A DNA stretch of 64,000 nucleotides from an uncultured Methanomassiliicoccus sp. (GTDB lineage: Archaea > Thermoplasmatota > Thermoplasmata > Methanomassiliicoccales > Methanomassiliicoccaceae), in assembly GCA_964426205.1 (NCBI GenBank), contig CAYRPG010000005.1, positions 44,574 through 108,573 on the forward strand. Direction: 5' to 3'. A model generated the notes under the pieces. That model had not been told where the DNA came from and ran no database searches. It saw only the letters and a list, made by a program, of their open reading frames with translations. Shown here piece after piece: positions 18,651 through 27,422 of the stretch. Position 1 is the stretch's first letter. Every line of letters begins with the position of its first letter. The translations under genes were made by a program, and so were the position numbers.

Positions 18651-18800
18651 TCACGCCTTCCTGCTTTCCTTGGCCTTCTGGCGAAGACCTTCGTACCCGC
18701 ACTTGCGGCAGCGCGTTGCTCTCGGCGCATTGCGCGCGTCGCACTTCATGCAGACCTTCTTGTTAAGAAGCCTCTCATCAGCTTCCTTGAAACGTGCCAT
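18651..18800 (-). CDS. rpl40e: 50S ribosomal protein L40e
   Basis: Hand translation gives [49 protein letters not shown] (49 aa). This is below the ORF-track cutoff. Confidence 0.8.
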   Translation of the reverse strand: MARFKEADERLLNKKVCMKCDARNAPRATRCRKCGYEGLRQKAKESRKA

Positions 18801-18859
18801 CTAAATCCTCTTCCGTGATGAATATGAAGGTCCTATAAATAAATTGGCAACCACCAAGA

Positions 18860-21718
18860 TCAGTCAGCACTGTCTCCGCGGTGCTCTCCGACCAGCACCA
18901 TGTATGCGAGCAGCGACTCGAGCTGGATGCGCTCGTTCGATCCCTCGACGATGCGGAACTCCGTCTCTCCGGTGCGGTCGATCAGCTTCACCTTCTCATA
19001 GTCCGGTATATCGAGGTCGAATATCGTGCGGTGTATCTGCTTGATGATATCCTCGCCCGACAGCCCGTAGGATATCATGATCTCGTCAAGGCGGTTACGA
19101 GCGGCTATGAAATCACCGGTTATCGCTGTCTGGAGGAGCTCCCTGACCTCTTCCGGTCTTGCCGTCCCGGTGGTGTGGTAGACGAGGTCCACATTGATCT
19201 TATCGCCCAGCGACGCGGCCACCTGAAGGGAGTTGACGGCTTTCCTCATGTCCCCCTGGGACACGTGCACGAGCGCGTCCAGCGCATCATCGGTTATGCT
19301 GATTGCCTCAAGGGACGCGATATGCGTCAGGTAGTTGCGGACATCCTCAGCCCTCAGGGGGCGGAAGCGGAACACCGCGCATCTCGACTGGATGGGCTCG
19401 ATGATCTTTGAACTATAGTTACAATTGTGAGATACTATTCCGTTCGCAATGAAGTTGTGATTGTTCAGGCAGCCTATGTCACGCACGTCGTCGCACTCTA
19501 TCTCTCTCTTGCCGATGATTTCGTTCAAGACAAGCTCGGTCCCTGGAATATCGTACCGTTGCTCCCACTCCGAGTAACCCATGAAGCTTCTTGGCAGGTG
19601 CACTGGTTTGCCTTGGTTCACATGGATAACGAAATCCACGCTGCATCCATTTCTTCTCGAGATCTCACGCAGCGAGCGTTTACCGATCTCAAGCATTATT
19701 TGCGATGCTTTATTCTCCTGTTGCTCGAGAACGAATTGCTTGTGCTTTAGATACTCTCCAGCGAGTTGTGCTTTTTTCATCCTGTTCTTTTCATACGCGT
19801 ACCCTACCTTCTTGAAAAAGGCCAGCATGTTCTCGTTCGAGGAGTTTAGCACTAAGCTGAAGACAATCGGTACTTTTCTGTCCTTCTTCCTTGAGTATCC
19901 TGTCGATCTTTCCTCGATGTAGCTTTTTATGTCAAATTGAGCTAGAAGGTCCCTCATTTGCTCAAAGAAGGTCAATGCCTCAGCCCTTAACTCGGGCACC
20001 TTTTGCTGTCTGAACGATATCGCATTGAATGATTTCCTACCATCATGCGCAGGCGAGTCCGCCTCGCATCCGAACAACGAGCGCAGGAATTCCCTCTTGA
20101 CGAAACGGGTCCCATTGGCCACCCACGAGGGAATCGAGAAGCTCGTTGTTACCTTGTCACCGATCGGCGCCCCGAGGTACTCGCAGAGGAGAGCGAATGG
20201 TAGCGAGTCCACGTGGAACCAGGTTGTTGTCCCGACCAAGCGCCTTTGTGCTAGCTTATGGTCGATCCTCTTACTGTAGATATCCGAGCTTTTTATATGG
20301 AGGATCTCAAGGTCTTTTTTAACAGCATTCAGAGTGTCTTCGTTCCCCGTGAAAATTAGCCTTCTGCTCTTCCTCGTTACATGACCATCGCCCATTAAAA
20401 AGGCCACTATCCTGGCTAATGCGCCGATATGCTCGTCAGAATATGAGAGAGGAAGCAGTCCCTTCTGGGCCAATTCGTTGATGACCCTGTCCACAGTGCC
20501 CTTTGGAATATCCCTTCTCTTTATGTGTCTCTCGACTGTGGCAAACGCGACCTCTATCCCAAATTCCTTTTTGATCGCATTCTGTATGTCCCCTATGTTC
20601 CTTATCGAATGATGCGGCCCGATAGCCCTGAAATTATGGGTCTTTTTGTCAACTGTCCTTTCGACAGCCCCTTTTTGTTCTATGCTCCTCAATAATTGGC
20701 AAGTTCGGACCCTGCTAAGGTTGAGAGCGTTCTGTACCTCTTCCCGTGATGCTTTTCCCCTTGAGCTTATATAGTCATATGCTTCCTTCTCACGAACGGT
20801 GAGTCCCTTTCCCTGGGTGACGAGGGAGTGCAGCTCCCTGATCCTTTTTATTACGTTATCCTTCTGGACGGTCGTCATCCCCTTGAACGCCCCGTTGTCA
20901 TTGGCGCGCTCCAGCTCCACTTCTGAGATGAATTTTTTAAAGTCCTCTGGATCGACCACTTGCCTCAGGTCGTCCTCAAATGGTGTCCCTTCGAGGTTTG
21001 GGTAAACTACGACCTCCGTCCCCAGAGCTATCTCGCCTGCTTTAGTCCAACCATCCTTGGTCAGAATAGGATGATCCTCAGTAACCTTGAGGATTCTGCC
21101 ATTCATCGTGGTAAGCTCATATACTTTTTTACCATTGGCGGAGGGGTTCATCTGCATACCGAACAGGACCAGGTCGTTCTCCAGACCTCTCGTTCCTTCG
21201 TTGACCCCGAGAGTGTTCTTTATCTCCCTGTTCTCAAACCTCCGCATGAAGTCGGCTATCGATATCTCCCTGTCCTCTGAGAGAAGGATCTTTGTGTCTG
21301 GTGTAACGCACGATAGAATGAATCTGCAGGTCTTGCTGTACTTCTCCATCGTTCGCCTCAATGCTGCCTGCGCGTCACCGGTTAGAGCGTCGGCCTCGTC
21401 CAGGAAAATGATCTTGAAACCGGCGCCCCCGATGGGCGCCGTCCTTGCGAAATCCTTTATCTTGCCACGGACCACATCGATGCCCCTCTCGTCCGACGCG
21501 TTCAGCTCGTTGAAGTTGCCCCTCCAGTTCTCCCCGAAGAGCTCCCTGGCCAGAGCGATGGCGGAGGTGGTCTTACCGGTGCCGGCCGGACCAGCGAACA
21601 TCAGGTGGGGAAGGTTCTTCGCCTGAACGTAGGACTCCAGGCGGTCCACGATGTCCTTCTGTCCGACGATCTCCTTAAGCGTCCTCGGCCGGTACTTCTC
21701 TATCCAAATCTCATTCAT
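18860..21718 (-). CDS. rfcS: replication factor C small subunit precursor containing one intein
   Basis: The exteins (136 + 187 aa) give a standard RFC small subunit with Walker [13 protein letters not shown] box FLDEAD and RFILS|[15 protein letters not shown]. Confidence 0.9.
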   Translation of the reverse strand: MNEIWIEKYRPRTLKEIVGQKDIVDRLESYVQAKNLPHLMFAGPAGTGKTTSAIALARELFGENWRGNFNELNASDERGIDVVRGKIKDFARTAPIGGAGFKIIFLDEADALTGDAQAALRRTMEKYSKTCRFILSCVTPDTKILLSEDREISIADFMRRFENREIKNTLGVNEGTRGLENDLVLFGMQMNPSANGKKVYELTTMNGRILKVTEDHPILTKDGWTKAGEIALGTEVVVYPNLEGTPFEDDLRQVVDPEDFKKFISEVELERANDNGAFKGMTTVQKDNVIKRIRELHSLVTQGKGLTVREKEAYDYISSRGKASREEVQNALNLSRVRTCQLLRSIEQKGAVERTVDKKTHNFRAIGPHHSIRNIGDIQNAIKKEFGIEVAFATVERHIKRRDIPKGTVDRVINELAQKGLLPLSYSDEHIGALARIVAFLMGDGHVTRKSRRLIFTGNEDTLNAVKKDLEILHIKSSDIYSKRIDHKLAQRRLVGTTTWFHVDSLPFALLCEYLGAPIGDKVTTSFSIPSWVANGTRFVKREFLRSLFGCEADSPAHDGRKSFNAISFRQQKVPELRAEALTFFEQMRDLLAQFDIKSYIEERSTGYSRKKDRKVPIVFSLVLNSSNENMLAFFKKVGYAYEKNRMKKAQLAGEYLKHKQFVLEQQENKASQIMLEIGKRSLREISRRNGCSVDFVIHVNQGKPVHLPRSFMGYSEWEQRYDIPGTELVLNEIIGKREIECDDVRDIGCLNNHNFIANGIVSHNCNYSSKIIEPIQSRCAVFRFRPLRAEDVRNYLTHIASLEAISITDDALDALVHVSQGDMRKAVNSLQVAASLGDKINVDLVYHTTGTARPEEVRELLQTAITGDFIAARNRLDEIMISYGLSGEDIIKQIHRTIFDLDIPDYEKVKLIDRTGETEFRIVEGSNERIQLESLLAYMVLVGEHRGDSAD
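19424..21310 (-). mobile_element. 629-aa intein with LAGLIDADG homing-endonuclease core
   Basis: Starts at Cys ([10 protein letters not shown]) and has block [18 protein letters not shown] motifs [11 protein letters not shown] and [11 protein letters not shown], and terminal [13 protein letters not shown] followed by the +1 Cys. Visibly more AT-rich than the exteins. Confidence 0.85.
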
Positions 21719-21972
21719 CTAAGCTCGGCCCGAGCAAAGGTGGTGGGGTCAATTAAAGGTTTTGACCACACACACGCGGGACCTTCCAGCATCACAGCGC
21801 CTCCCGCTGAGATAAAATAATAAAAAAACACAAGGTTTCGCCCTAATTGACCATTTCCGCTTTCGAGATTGAAGAAAATGAACAGACTGGCTACGTCCTC
21901 GGAGGTCGGATTTTTATCAGTAGTATTATTAATCAAGGCGATTAATACCCCCTAACAAGTGGAGGAAGAGCA

Positions 21973-22461
21973 ATGAACTGTCCGAACTGTGGAAAGGATT
22001 CGGCTCCAGGCGCAAAGTTCTGCGAGAGCTGCGGAACCGCGCTGCCGGCCGATCAGACCGCGCAGGCAGCAGGCCAGCAATATGCACAAGCACCGCCCCA
22101 GCAGGCTCCGCCGTATGGCCAGCCTCAGTACGGGCAGCCTCAGCAGTATGGGCAACCCCAGCCCTATGGTCAGCCTCAGCAGTATGGGCAACCGATGTAC
22201 GCGCCCGTACCGCTCAAGAACGCCGGGCTCGCCGCCGTGCTGGCATTCCTGTGGGCTGGACTGGGACACATATACCTGGGAATGATCACCAAGGGCATAC
22301 TGTACATGATCCTGTACGTCGTGTTCCTGGTCATCGGAGTGCTGACCTTCATCGGGCTCATCATCCCCCTGGTGTTCTGGATCTGGCAGATCTATGATGT
22401 CTATAAGCTGGCGAACCAGTACAACTCCGCCGTCCAGCAGACCGGTCGGGCCCCCTGGTAA
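21973..22461 (+). CDS. zinc-ribbon / Q-P-Y repeat / TM2-like membrane protein
   Basis: CPNCG...CESCG ribbon, a YGQPQ repeat linker, and a GLGHIYLG motif with two TM helices. Confidence 0.7.
   Translation: MNCPNCGKDSAPGAKFCESCGTALPADQTAQAAGQQYAQAPPQQAPPYGQPQYGQPQQYGQPQPYGQPQQYGQPMYAPVPLKNAGLAAVLAFLWAGLGHIYLGMITKGILYMILYVVFLVIGVLTFIGLIIPLVFWIWQIYDVYKLANQYNSAVQQTGRAPW
22114..22197 (+). repeat. five imperfect 15-18-nt tandem units encoding (Q/P)YGQPQ
   Basis: The units are tatggccagcctcag / tacgggcagcctcag / cagtatgggcaaccccag / ccctatggtcagcctcag / cagtatgggcaaccgatg. Confidence 0.8.
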
Positions 22462-22562
22462 ATCTTTTCCCTTCCCATTTTTATTATCATCCCAGCGAGC
22501 TTTTATTACGCACAACTGAATAGATGATTGAGGCGGCCACGGCCGCTGTAGGAGGAAAAAGA

Positions 22563-23042
22563 ATGTACTGTCCAAATTGCGGGACCGAGCTGCCCGATAA
22601 TTCGATGTTCTGCGCGAACTGCGGAGCGAAGCTTGGACCGGGAGGCAACGCGCCCGTCTACCCGGCCCCACCGTACCCGGGCCAGCAGTATGGAGCCTAT
22701 ATGCCCCAGCAGAAGAACGAGATCATATCGATCGTACTGGCGTTCTTCGTCCCCGGGCTGGGCCACATCTACCTGGGTAAGTTCATGAGAGGGATCATGT
22801 TCCTGGCGAGCTACATCGCCCTCAGCGCGATATCGGCCTTCATAGTGATCAACGCCGTGGGCGACCTGAGCATGATGAGCGATCCCAATGCCATGATGAA
22901 CCTCAGCAGCGGGACCTGGACCGCGATCATCTTGGTCAGCATGATAAGCTTCATCATCTGGATCGTGAACCTGGTCGATGTGTACCTGCAGACCAAGAAG
23001 TACAACGAGGCCATCCGCCTGACCGGAAAGGCCCCGTGGTGA
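22563..23042 (+). CDS. zinc-ribbon / TM2-like membrane protein, tandem paralog
   Basis: MYCPNCG...CANCG, GLGHIYLG, and the same C-terminal ...TGKAPW ending as its neighbour. GGAGG lies upstream of the ATG at 22563. Confidence 0.7.
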   Translation: MYCPNCGTELPDNSMFCANCGAKLGPGGNAPVYPAPPYPGQQYGAYMPQQKNEIISIVLAFFVPGLGHIYLGKFMRGIMFLASYIALSAISAFIVINAVGDLSMMSDPNAMMNLSSGTWTAIILVSMISFIIWIVNLVDVYLQTKKYNEAIRLTGKAPW

Positions 23043-23153
23043 GCTGTCAGAGATCTAACGACGCCCTCCGGGACAGGGGCCGTCCGACCTTGGTCCGAGA
23101 GGTCGGACTGGCCTCGCAATTATTATTAGCATCGTCCATTATGCTCGGCCGAT

Positions 23154-23783
23154 ATGGCCTTCATAGACCCCAATCAATTGTTCTACGCCGCGACGCTGCT
23201 GTTCTTCATCTTCGATCCGTTCGCCAGCGTTCCGGTGTTCATAGCAATGACCAAGGGGTACTCCGAGGAGGCCCTGGTCTCCTGTGCCAACAGGGCGGTC
23301 GCTGTGGCGGCCATCCTGTTCGTCATCTTCGTGCTGATAGGGGAGCAGCTGCTCAGCGTGTTCGGCATCACCGTCGACGGGTTCCGGATGGCCGGAGGCC
23401 TAGTCCTCCTGCTCATGTCGATGGAGATCATATTCGGGCTGAGCCTCGTCCGGTCGGGCGACCAGAACGTGGCCTGGGTCATCATCGCCACCCCCATACT
23501 GACCGGACCGGGGGTCATCACCACGGCGATCATACTCACCACCGAGTTCGACCCCCTGACCGTCCTGATGGCGGGCAGCTTCTCGCTCATCATCACCTGG
23601 TTCCTGATGCGCAACGCCCACCGGGTCACCAGGGTAGTGGGCACGCAGGTGATCGACATCTTCTCCAAGGTGGTCGGCCTGCTGATCGCCGCCATGGCCA
23701 TAGAGTACATCTTCAACGGAGCGATGGGCTGGATCACCCACTACTCGGCATCCATGATGCCGCTGGTCCCCGGCCTGTTGTGA
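23154..23783 (+). CDS. MarC-family (UPF0056) integral membrane protein
   Basis: 209 aa, six TM segments, and an FDPFASVPVF motif. Confidence 0.8.
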   Translation: MAFIDPNQLFYAATLLFFIFDPFASVPVFIAMTKGYSEEALVSCANRAVAVAAILFVIFVLIGEQLLSVFGITVDGFRMAGGLVLLLMSMEIIFGLSLVRSGDQNVAWVIIATPILTGPGVITTAIILTTEFDPLTVLMAGSFSLIITWFLMRNAHRVTRVVGTQVIDIFSKVVGLLIAAMAIEYIFNGAMGWITHYSASMMPLVPGLL

Positions 23784-23811
23784 AAGGCAAGCCTTAATAC
23801 CGTCCGCAGCG

Positions 23812-24771
23812 GTGGCCGCGTCCATGGTCCAGTGCTCCAAGTGCGGGCGGGCCGCGGTGACCTACATCAGGTACAACGGCAGCCACCTGTGCTCCGCTCA
23901 CTTCCAGGAATACGTAGAGAGGAGAGTGAAGAAGGAGCTGCGGTACCAGTTCGATCTCGATAGGAACAAGCATATCGCCGTCGCCGTCTCGGGGGGGAAG
24001 GACAGCTGCGCCGCGCTTCTTCTCGTGCACGACATCCTGTCCGAGCGCAGGGACGTCACCATCTCGGCGATCACCGTCGACGAGGGCATCGCCGGATACC
24101 GTCCGGAGGCCATGGAGAAGGCCAGAAGGCTGAGCGCCCGCCTGGGGGTGGAGCATCACGTCGTCTCCTTCCGGGACAGGGTCGGGCACACCATGGACGA
24201 TATCTCCGGCCGGCTAGGTCACCGGACGCCCTGCGCCTACTGCGGGGTCTTCCGCCGCCAGTGCATGAACGGCGAGGCCAGAAGGATCGGGGCCAACGTG
24301 CTGGCCACCGGCCACAACCTTGACGATGTTGCGCAGGCGGCCCTCATGAACTTCACCCGGGGGGACGTCGAGAGGCTGGCAAGGATGGGGCCGCACGTGA
24401 AGGTCCAACCGGGCCTCGTGCCCCGCATCCTGCCCCTTCGCTCCATCCCAGAGAAGGAGGTGTACCTCTACGCCATGCTCCAGGAGATCGATTTCGCCGA
24501 TTCCACCTGTCCCTACTGGGAGGCGGCCATGCGCAACGAGTACCGGGACATCATCGACGGCATGGAGTCGAGGTCCCCCGGGACCAAGCACTCTATACTC
24601 GCCAGCTATGATGCCCTGCGGCCGGTCCTCCAGGAGAAGTACCCCCAGACGAGCCTGCGCCTGTGCGAGTGCGGGGAGCCGTCGCCGCGGGGGAGGTGCA
24701 TGGCCTGCACCATGAAGGAGGAGCTGGAGCGAAGGTTCGGGGACAGGGGCAACGGGCAGGACCCGGCGTGA
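23812..24771 (+). CDS. PP-loop tRNA 2-thiolation protein (NcsA/TtuA/Ncs6-like)
   Basis: N-terminal CSKCG...CSAH zinc finger, SGGKDS PP-loop, and C-terminal Cys pairs. Confidence 0.75.
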   Translation: MAASMVQCSKCGRAAVTYIRYNGSHLCSAHFQEYVERRVKKELRYQFDLDRNKHIAVAVSGGKDSCAALLLVHDILSERRDVTISAITVDEGIAGYRPEAMEKARRLSARLGVEHHVVSFRDRVGHTMDDISGRLGHRTPCAYCGVFRRQCMNGEARRIGANVLATGHNLDDVAQAALMNFTRGDVERLARMGPHVKVQPGLVPRILPLRSIPEKEVYLYAMLQEIDFADSTCPYWEAAMRNEYRDIIDGMESRSPGTKHSILASYDALRPVLQEKYPQTSLRLCECGEPSPRGRCMACTMKEELERRFGDRGNGQDPA

Positions 24772-24814
24772 ACGGTCGGCGGCGATACGCTTCCGCCCGA
24801 TGCTTCCCGGCCGC

Positions 24815-26647
24815 CTACCTTGCGGGGTACAGGTCCGATATGCCCAGCTCGACCGAGCGCTGCTGGACGGCCTCGCGGACCTCGGGGGACATCTCGATCT
24901 CGTCCGGCCATTCTCTCGCGTGACCGTCGGCCACCCCCTTCTTGGAGGCGTCGATGGACACAGACGTGTCGGTCAGCCTGATGTCCCTCTGGGGGTCCAC
25001 GTTGTTGAAGAACTTCCATAGGCACAGCGAATCGTCGCGCAGATCGATGTCGTCGTAGAGCACGAACGCTCCCTCTCCCACCAGCTCCCGGCAGGACGCC
25101 AGCGGCCCGAGGAAGTGCATGGTCCCCCGGCCCGCCTTGCGCATGCCGATCAGGATGAGGGGGGTCCTCCGCTCCGTCCCCACCCTCCGGCAAGAGACGA
25201 TGTCCCTGTCCAGGCCCCTCAGGATCTCGAGGACCTCGGTCTCCGACAGCCTGGGAGAGAAGCGCCCGCGCCCGCGGGGGGTCTCGTCCGTCAGCCGGGC
25301 GGTGGCATCGATGCCCAGCTTCCCTCCGAACAGGGGCCTGGGGGCCGAGTGGTCGAGGACGTCCAGAACGCCCTCCGTCACCTGGAGGTCGGACCACGGG
25401 TCGATGGTGTCCAGCAGATGGCCGAAGACGTCCCCGGGCACCTTGAGCGAGACGTCGGAGTCCACTACGGCGATCATCTTGGCGAAGCTCATCTGTCCGG
25501 AGCCCCACAGGGCGTTCATGACCTTGCGGGCATGAAGGGGATACTCCTTCCTTATCGAAACGACGACGATGTTGTGGAATACGCCCTCCCAGGGCATCCA
25601 CTGGTCGACCACCTCAGGCACCACGATGCGCAGGGGCGGAAGGAATATCCTCTCGGTGGCCTTGGCCAGGTAGCAGTCCTCCATCGGCGGCCTTCCCACC
25701 ACCGTGGCCGGATAGATGGCGTCCCTGCGGTGCGTGATCGCCGTCACGTGGAACACCGGATATTCACCCTTCAGCGAGTAGTAGCCAGTATGGTCGCCGA
25801 AGGGGCCCTCGGTCCTCATCTCCTGCGGGTCGACGTAACCTTCCAGTACGAACTCCGCGGTCGCGGGCACCTCGATGTCGACGGTCCTGCACTTCACAAG
25901 GTCCACCGGTGCTCCCCGGATGAAGCCCGCCAGCAGCATCTCGTCCAGGCCCTGGGGCATGGGGGCGGTGGCCGCGTAGGTGATCGCAGGCGCGGTCCCG
26001 ATGGCCACCGCCACCTCCATCCTCCTCCCCTCCTTCTTATACCCCATGTAGTTGTGGCTCCCGTCCTTGTGGACGTGCCAGTGCATGCCCGTGGTGTTGC
26101 GGCCGTAGACCTGCAGGCGATACATGCCCACGTTCCTCCTCCCGTCCATGCTCTTGGTGAAGACCACCGGGAGGGTCACGAAGCGCCCGCCGTCCTGGGG
26201 CCAGCACTTGAGGACCGGGATCTTGCCGAGGTCCACCTCGTCGCCCTGCAGGACAACCTCCTGGCAGGGCGGGCGCGATGATCTCTTTACGCGCGGGATG
26301 CACTTCGCTAGGCCCATCAGCTCGGGCAGGGTGCCCACCTTGCCCATGAAGGTGGAGGGCATCTGCATCTCCAGCAGACCGGAGATCCTGGCCGCCAGCG
26401 TGTCCAGCGAATCGGTCTCCAGCGCCAGCGCCATCCTTCCCTCGCTGCCGAAGGCGTTGGTGAGAACGGGGAACTCGCTGCCGCGGACCTTCTCGAACAG
26501 CAGCGCCTTGCCTCCGCCCGGGCTCTTGGACATGCGGTCCGTGATCTCGGTGATCTCCAGCTCGGCCGATACCTCGCCCTTGATCCTCCGCAGCTCCCCC
26601 TTGCTCTCGAGGAGGTCGACGAACTCGTGCAGGTCCCTGTAGGTCAT
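24815..26647 (-). CDS. UbiD-family (prenylated-FMN-dependent) aromatic decarboxylase
   Basis: 610 aa with a typical UbiD N-terminus (DLHEFVDLLESKGELRRI). Translationally coupled (ATGA) to the upstream methyltransferase gene. Confidence 0.85.
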   Translation of the reverse strand: MTYRDLHEFVDLLESKGELRRIKGEVSAELEITEITDRMSKSPGGGKALLFEKVRGSEFPVLTNAFGSEGRMALALETDSLDTLAARISGLLEMQMPSTFMGKVGTLPELMGLAKCIPRVKRSSRPPCQEVVLQGDEVDLGKIPVLKCWPQDGGRFVTLPVVFTKSMDGRRNVGMYRLQVYGRNTTGMHWHVHKDGSHNYMGYKKEGRRMEVAVAIGTAPAITYAATAPMPQGLDEMLLAGFIRGAPVDLVKCRTVDIEVPATAEFVLEGYVDPQEMRTEGPFGDHTGYYSLKGEYPVFHVTAITHRRDAIYPATVVGRPPMEDCYLAKATERIFLPPLRIVVPEVVDQWMPWEGVFHNIVVVSIRKEYPLHARKVMNALWGSGQMSFAKMIAVVDSDVSLKVPGDVFGHLLDTIDPWSDLQVTEGVLDVLDHSAPRPLFGGKLGIDATARLTDETPRGRGRFSPRLSETEVLEILRGLDRDIVSCRRVGTERRTPLILIGMRKAGRGTMHFLGPLASCRELVGEGAFVLYDDIDLRDDSLCLWKFFNNVDPQRDIRLTDTSVSIDASKKGVADGHAREWPDEIEMSPEVREAVQQRSVELGISDLYPAR

Positions 26648-27378
26648 GAGGACCCCTTCTCCAGCACATAGATGTGGCAGGCCCCGAGCGTCAGCTCCCT
26701 TGACCTCAGGACGTGGAGACCACGGGCCTCCATCATGCCCTCCAGGACCTTCGGAGCTGGGAAGGTGATGATCGAGTCGCAGAGGTAACGGTACGAGGAA
26801 GCATCACCTTTCTGCATCCTCACCACCATGGGCATCACCCTGGTCAGGTAGAGAAGGAACGCCTCCTTCACGACCGGGAACCGGGGCACAGACATCTCCA
26901 CCACCGCCAGGCGGCCCCCCGGGCGGAGGATGCGATGGACCTCGCCGAGGAAGCGGTCGATGTCCACCATGTTGCGGATGCCGAAGGCGACCATCGCCCG
27001 ATCGAACGAACCGTCCTTGAAGGGCATGCGGAGGGCATCGCCCTGGAGCACCGAGTACGGATCTTCGCCGACCTTCGCTCTCCACTTGTCCAGCGCGGTC
27101 CGCAACATGTTCTTCGAGAGATCGACCCCGACGATCTGGCAATCCTTCATCGAGATGGCCTGCAGGGCCATATCCCCCGTCCCGGTGGCTATGTCCAGGA
27201 CCCGGTCGCCCTGCTGGATGTCCAGCTCCATCAGGGTCTCCCTCCTCCACCATCGATCGATGGACGCGGACATGATGAGGTTGAGCCGGTCATAGGTCGG
27301 GGTGATGTCATCGAACATACCCTCGATGCGGGCCGGCCTCTTGTCAAGCTCCTTCCTTATGCTGGCATGTTCGCTCAT
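26644..27378 (-). CDS. UbiE/MenG-type C-methyltransferase
   Basis: The last 244 aa of the 594-aa track ORF, starting at MSEHAS. Contains the SAM motif VLDIATGTGD and FGIRN. Confidence 0.85.
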   Translation of the reverse strand: MSEHASIRKELDKRPARIEGMFDDITPTYDRLNLIMSASIDRWWRRETLMELDIQQGDRVLDIATGTGDMALQAISMKDCQIVGVDLSKNMLRTALDKWRAKVGEDPYSVLQGDALRMPFKDGSFDRAMVAFGIRNMVDIDRFLGEVHRILRPGGRLAVVEMSVPRFPVVKEAFLLYLTRVMPMVVRMQKGDASSYRYLCDSIITFPAPKVLEGMMEARGLHVLRSRELTLGACHIYVLEKGSS

Positions 27379-27422
27379 CACAGTCCCCTCGTTCTCTTCG
27401 CAAGTGTTGGCACGGTCCGGTC

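Noticed and set aside
18542-18730. N-terminal extension of the response-regulator ORF
   Set aside because: It overlaps the clearly recognisable L40e gene in another frame, and its composition ([13 protein letters not shown]...[11 protein letters not shown]) is not protein-like.
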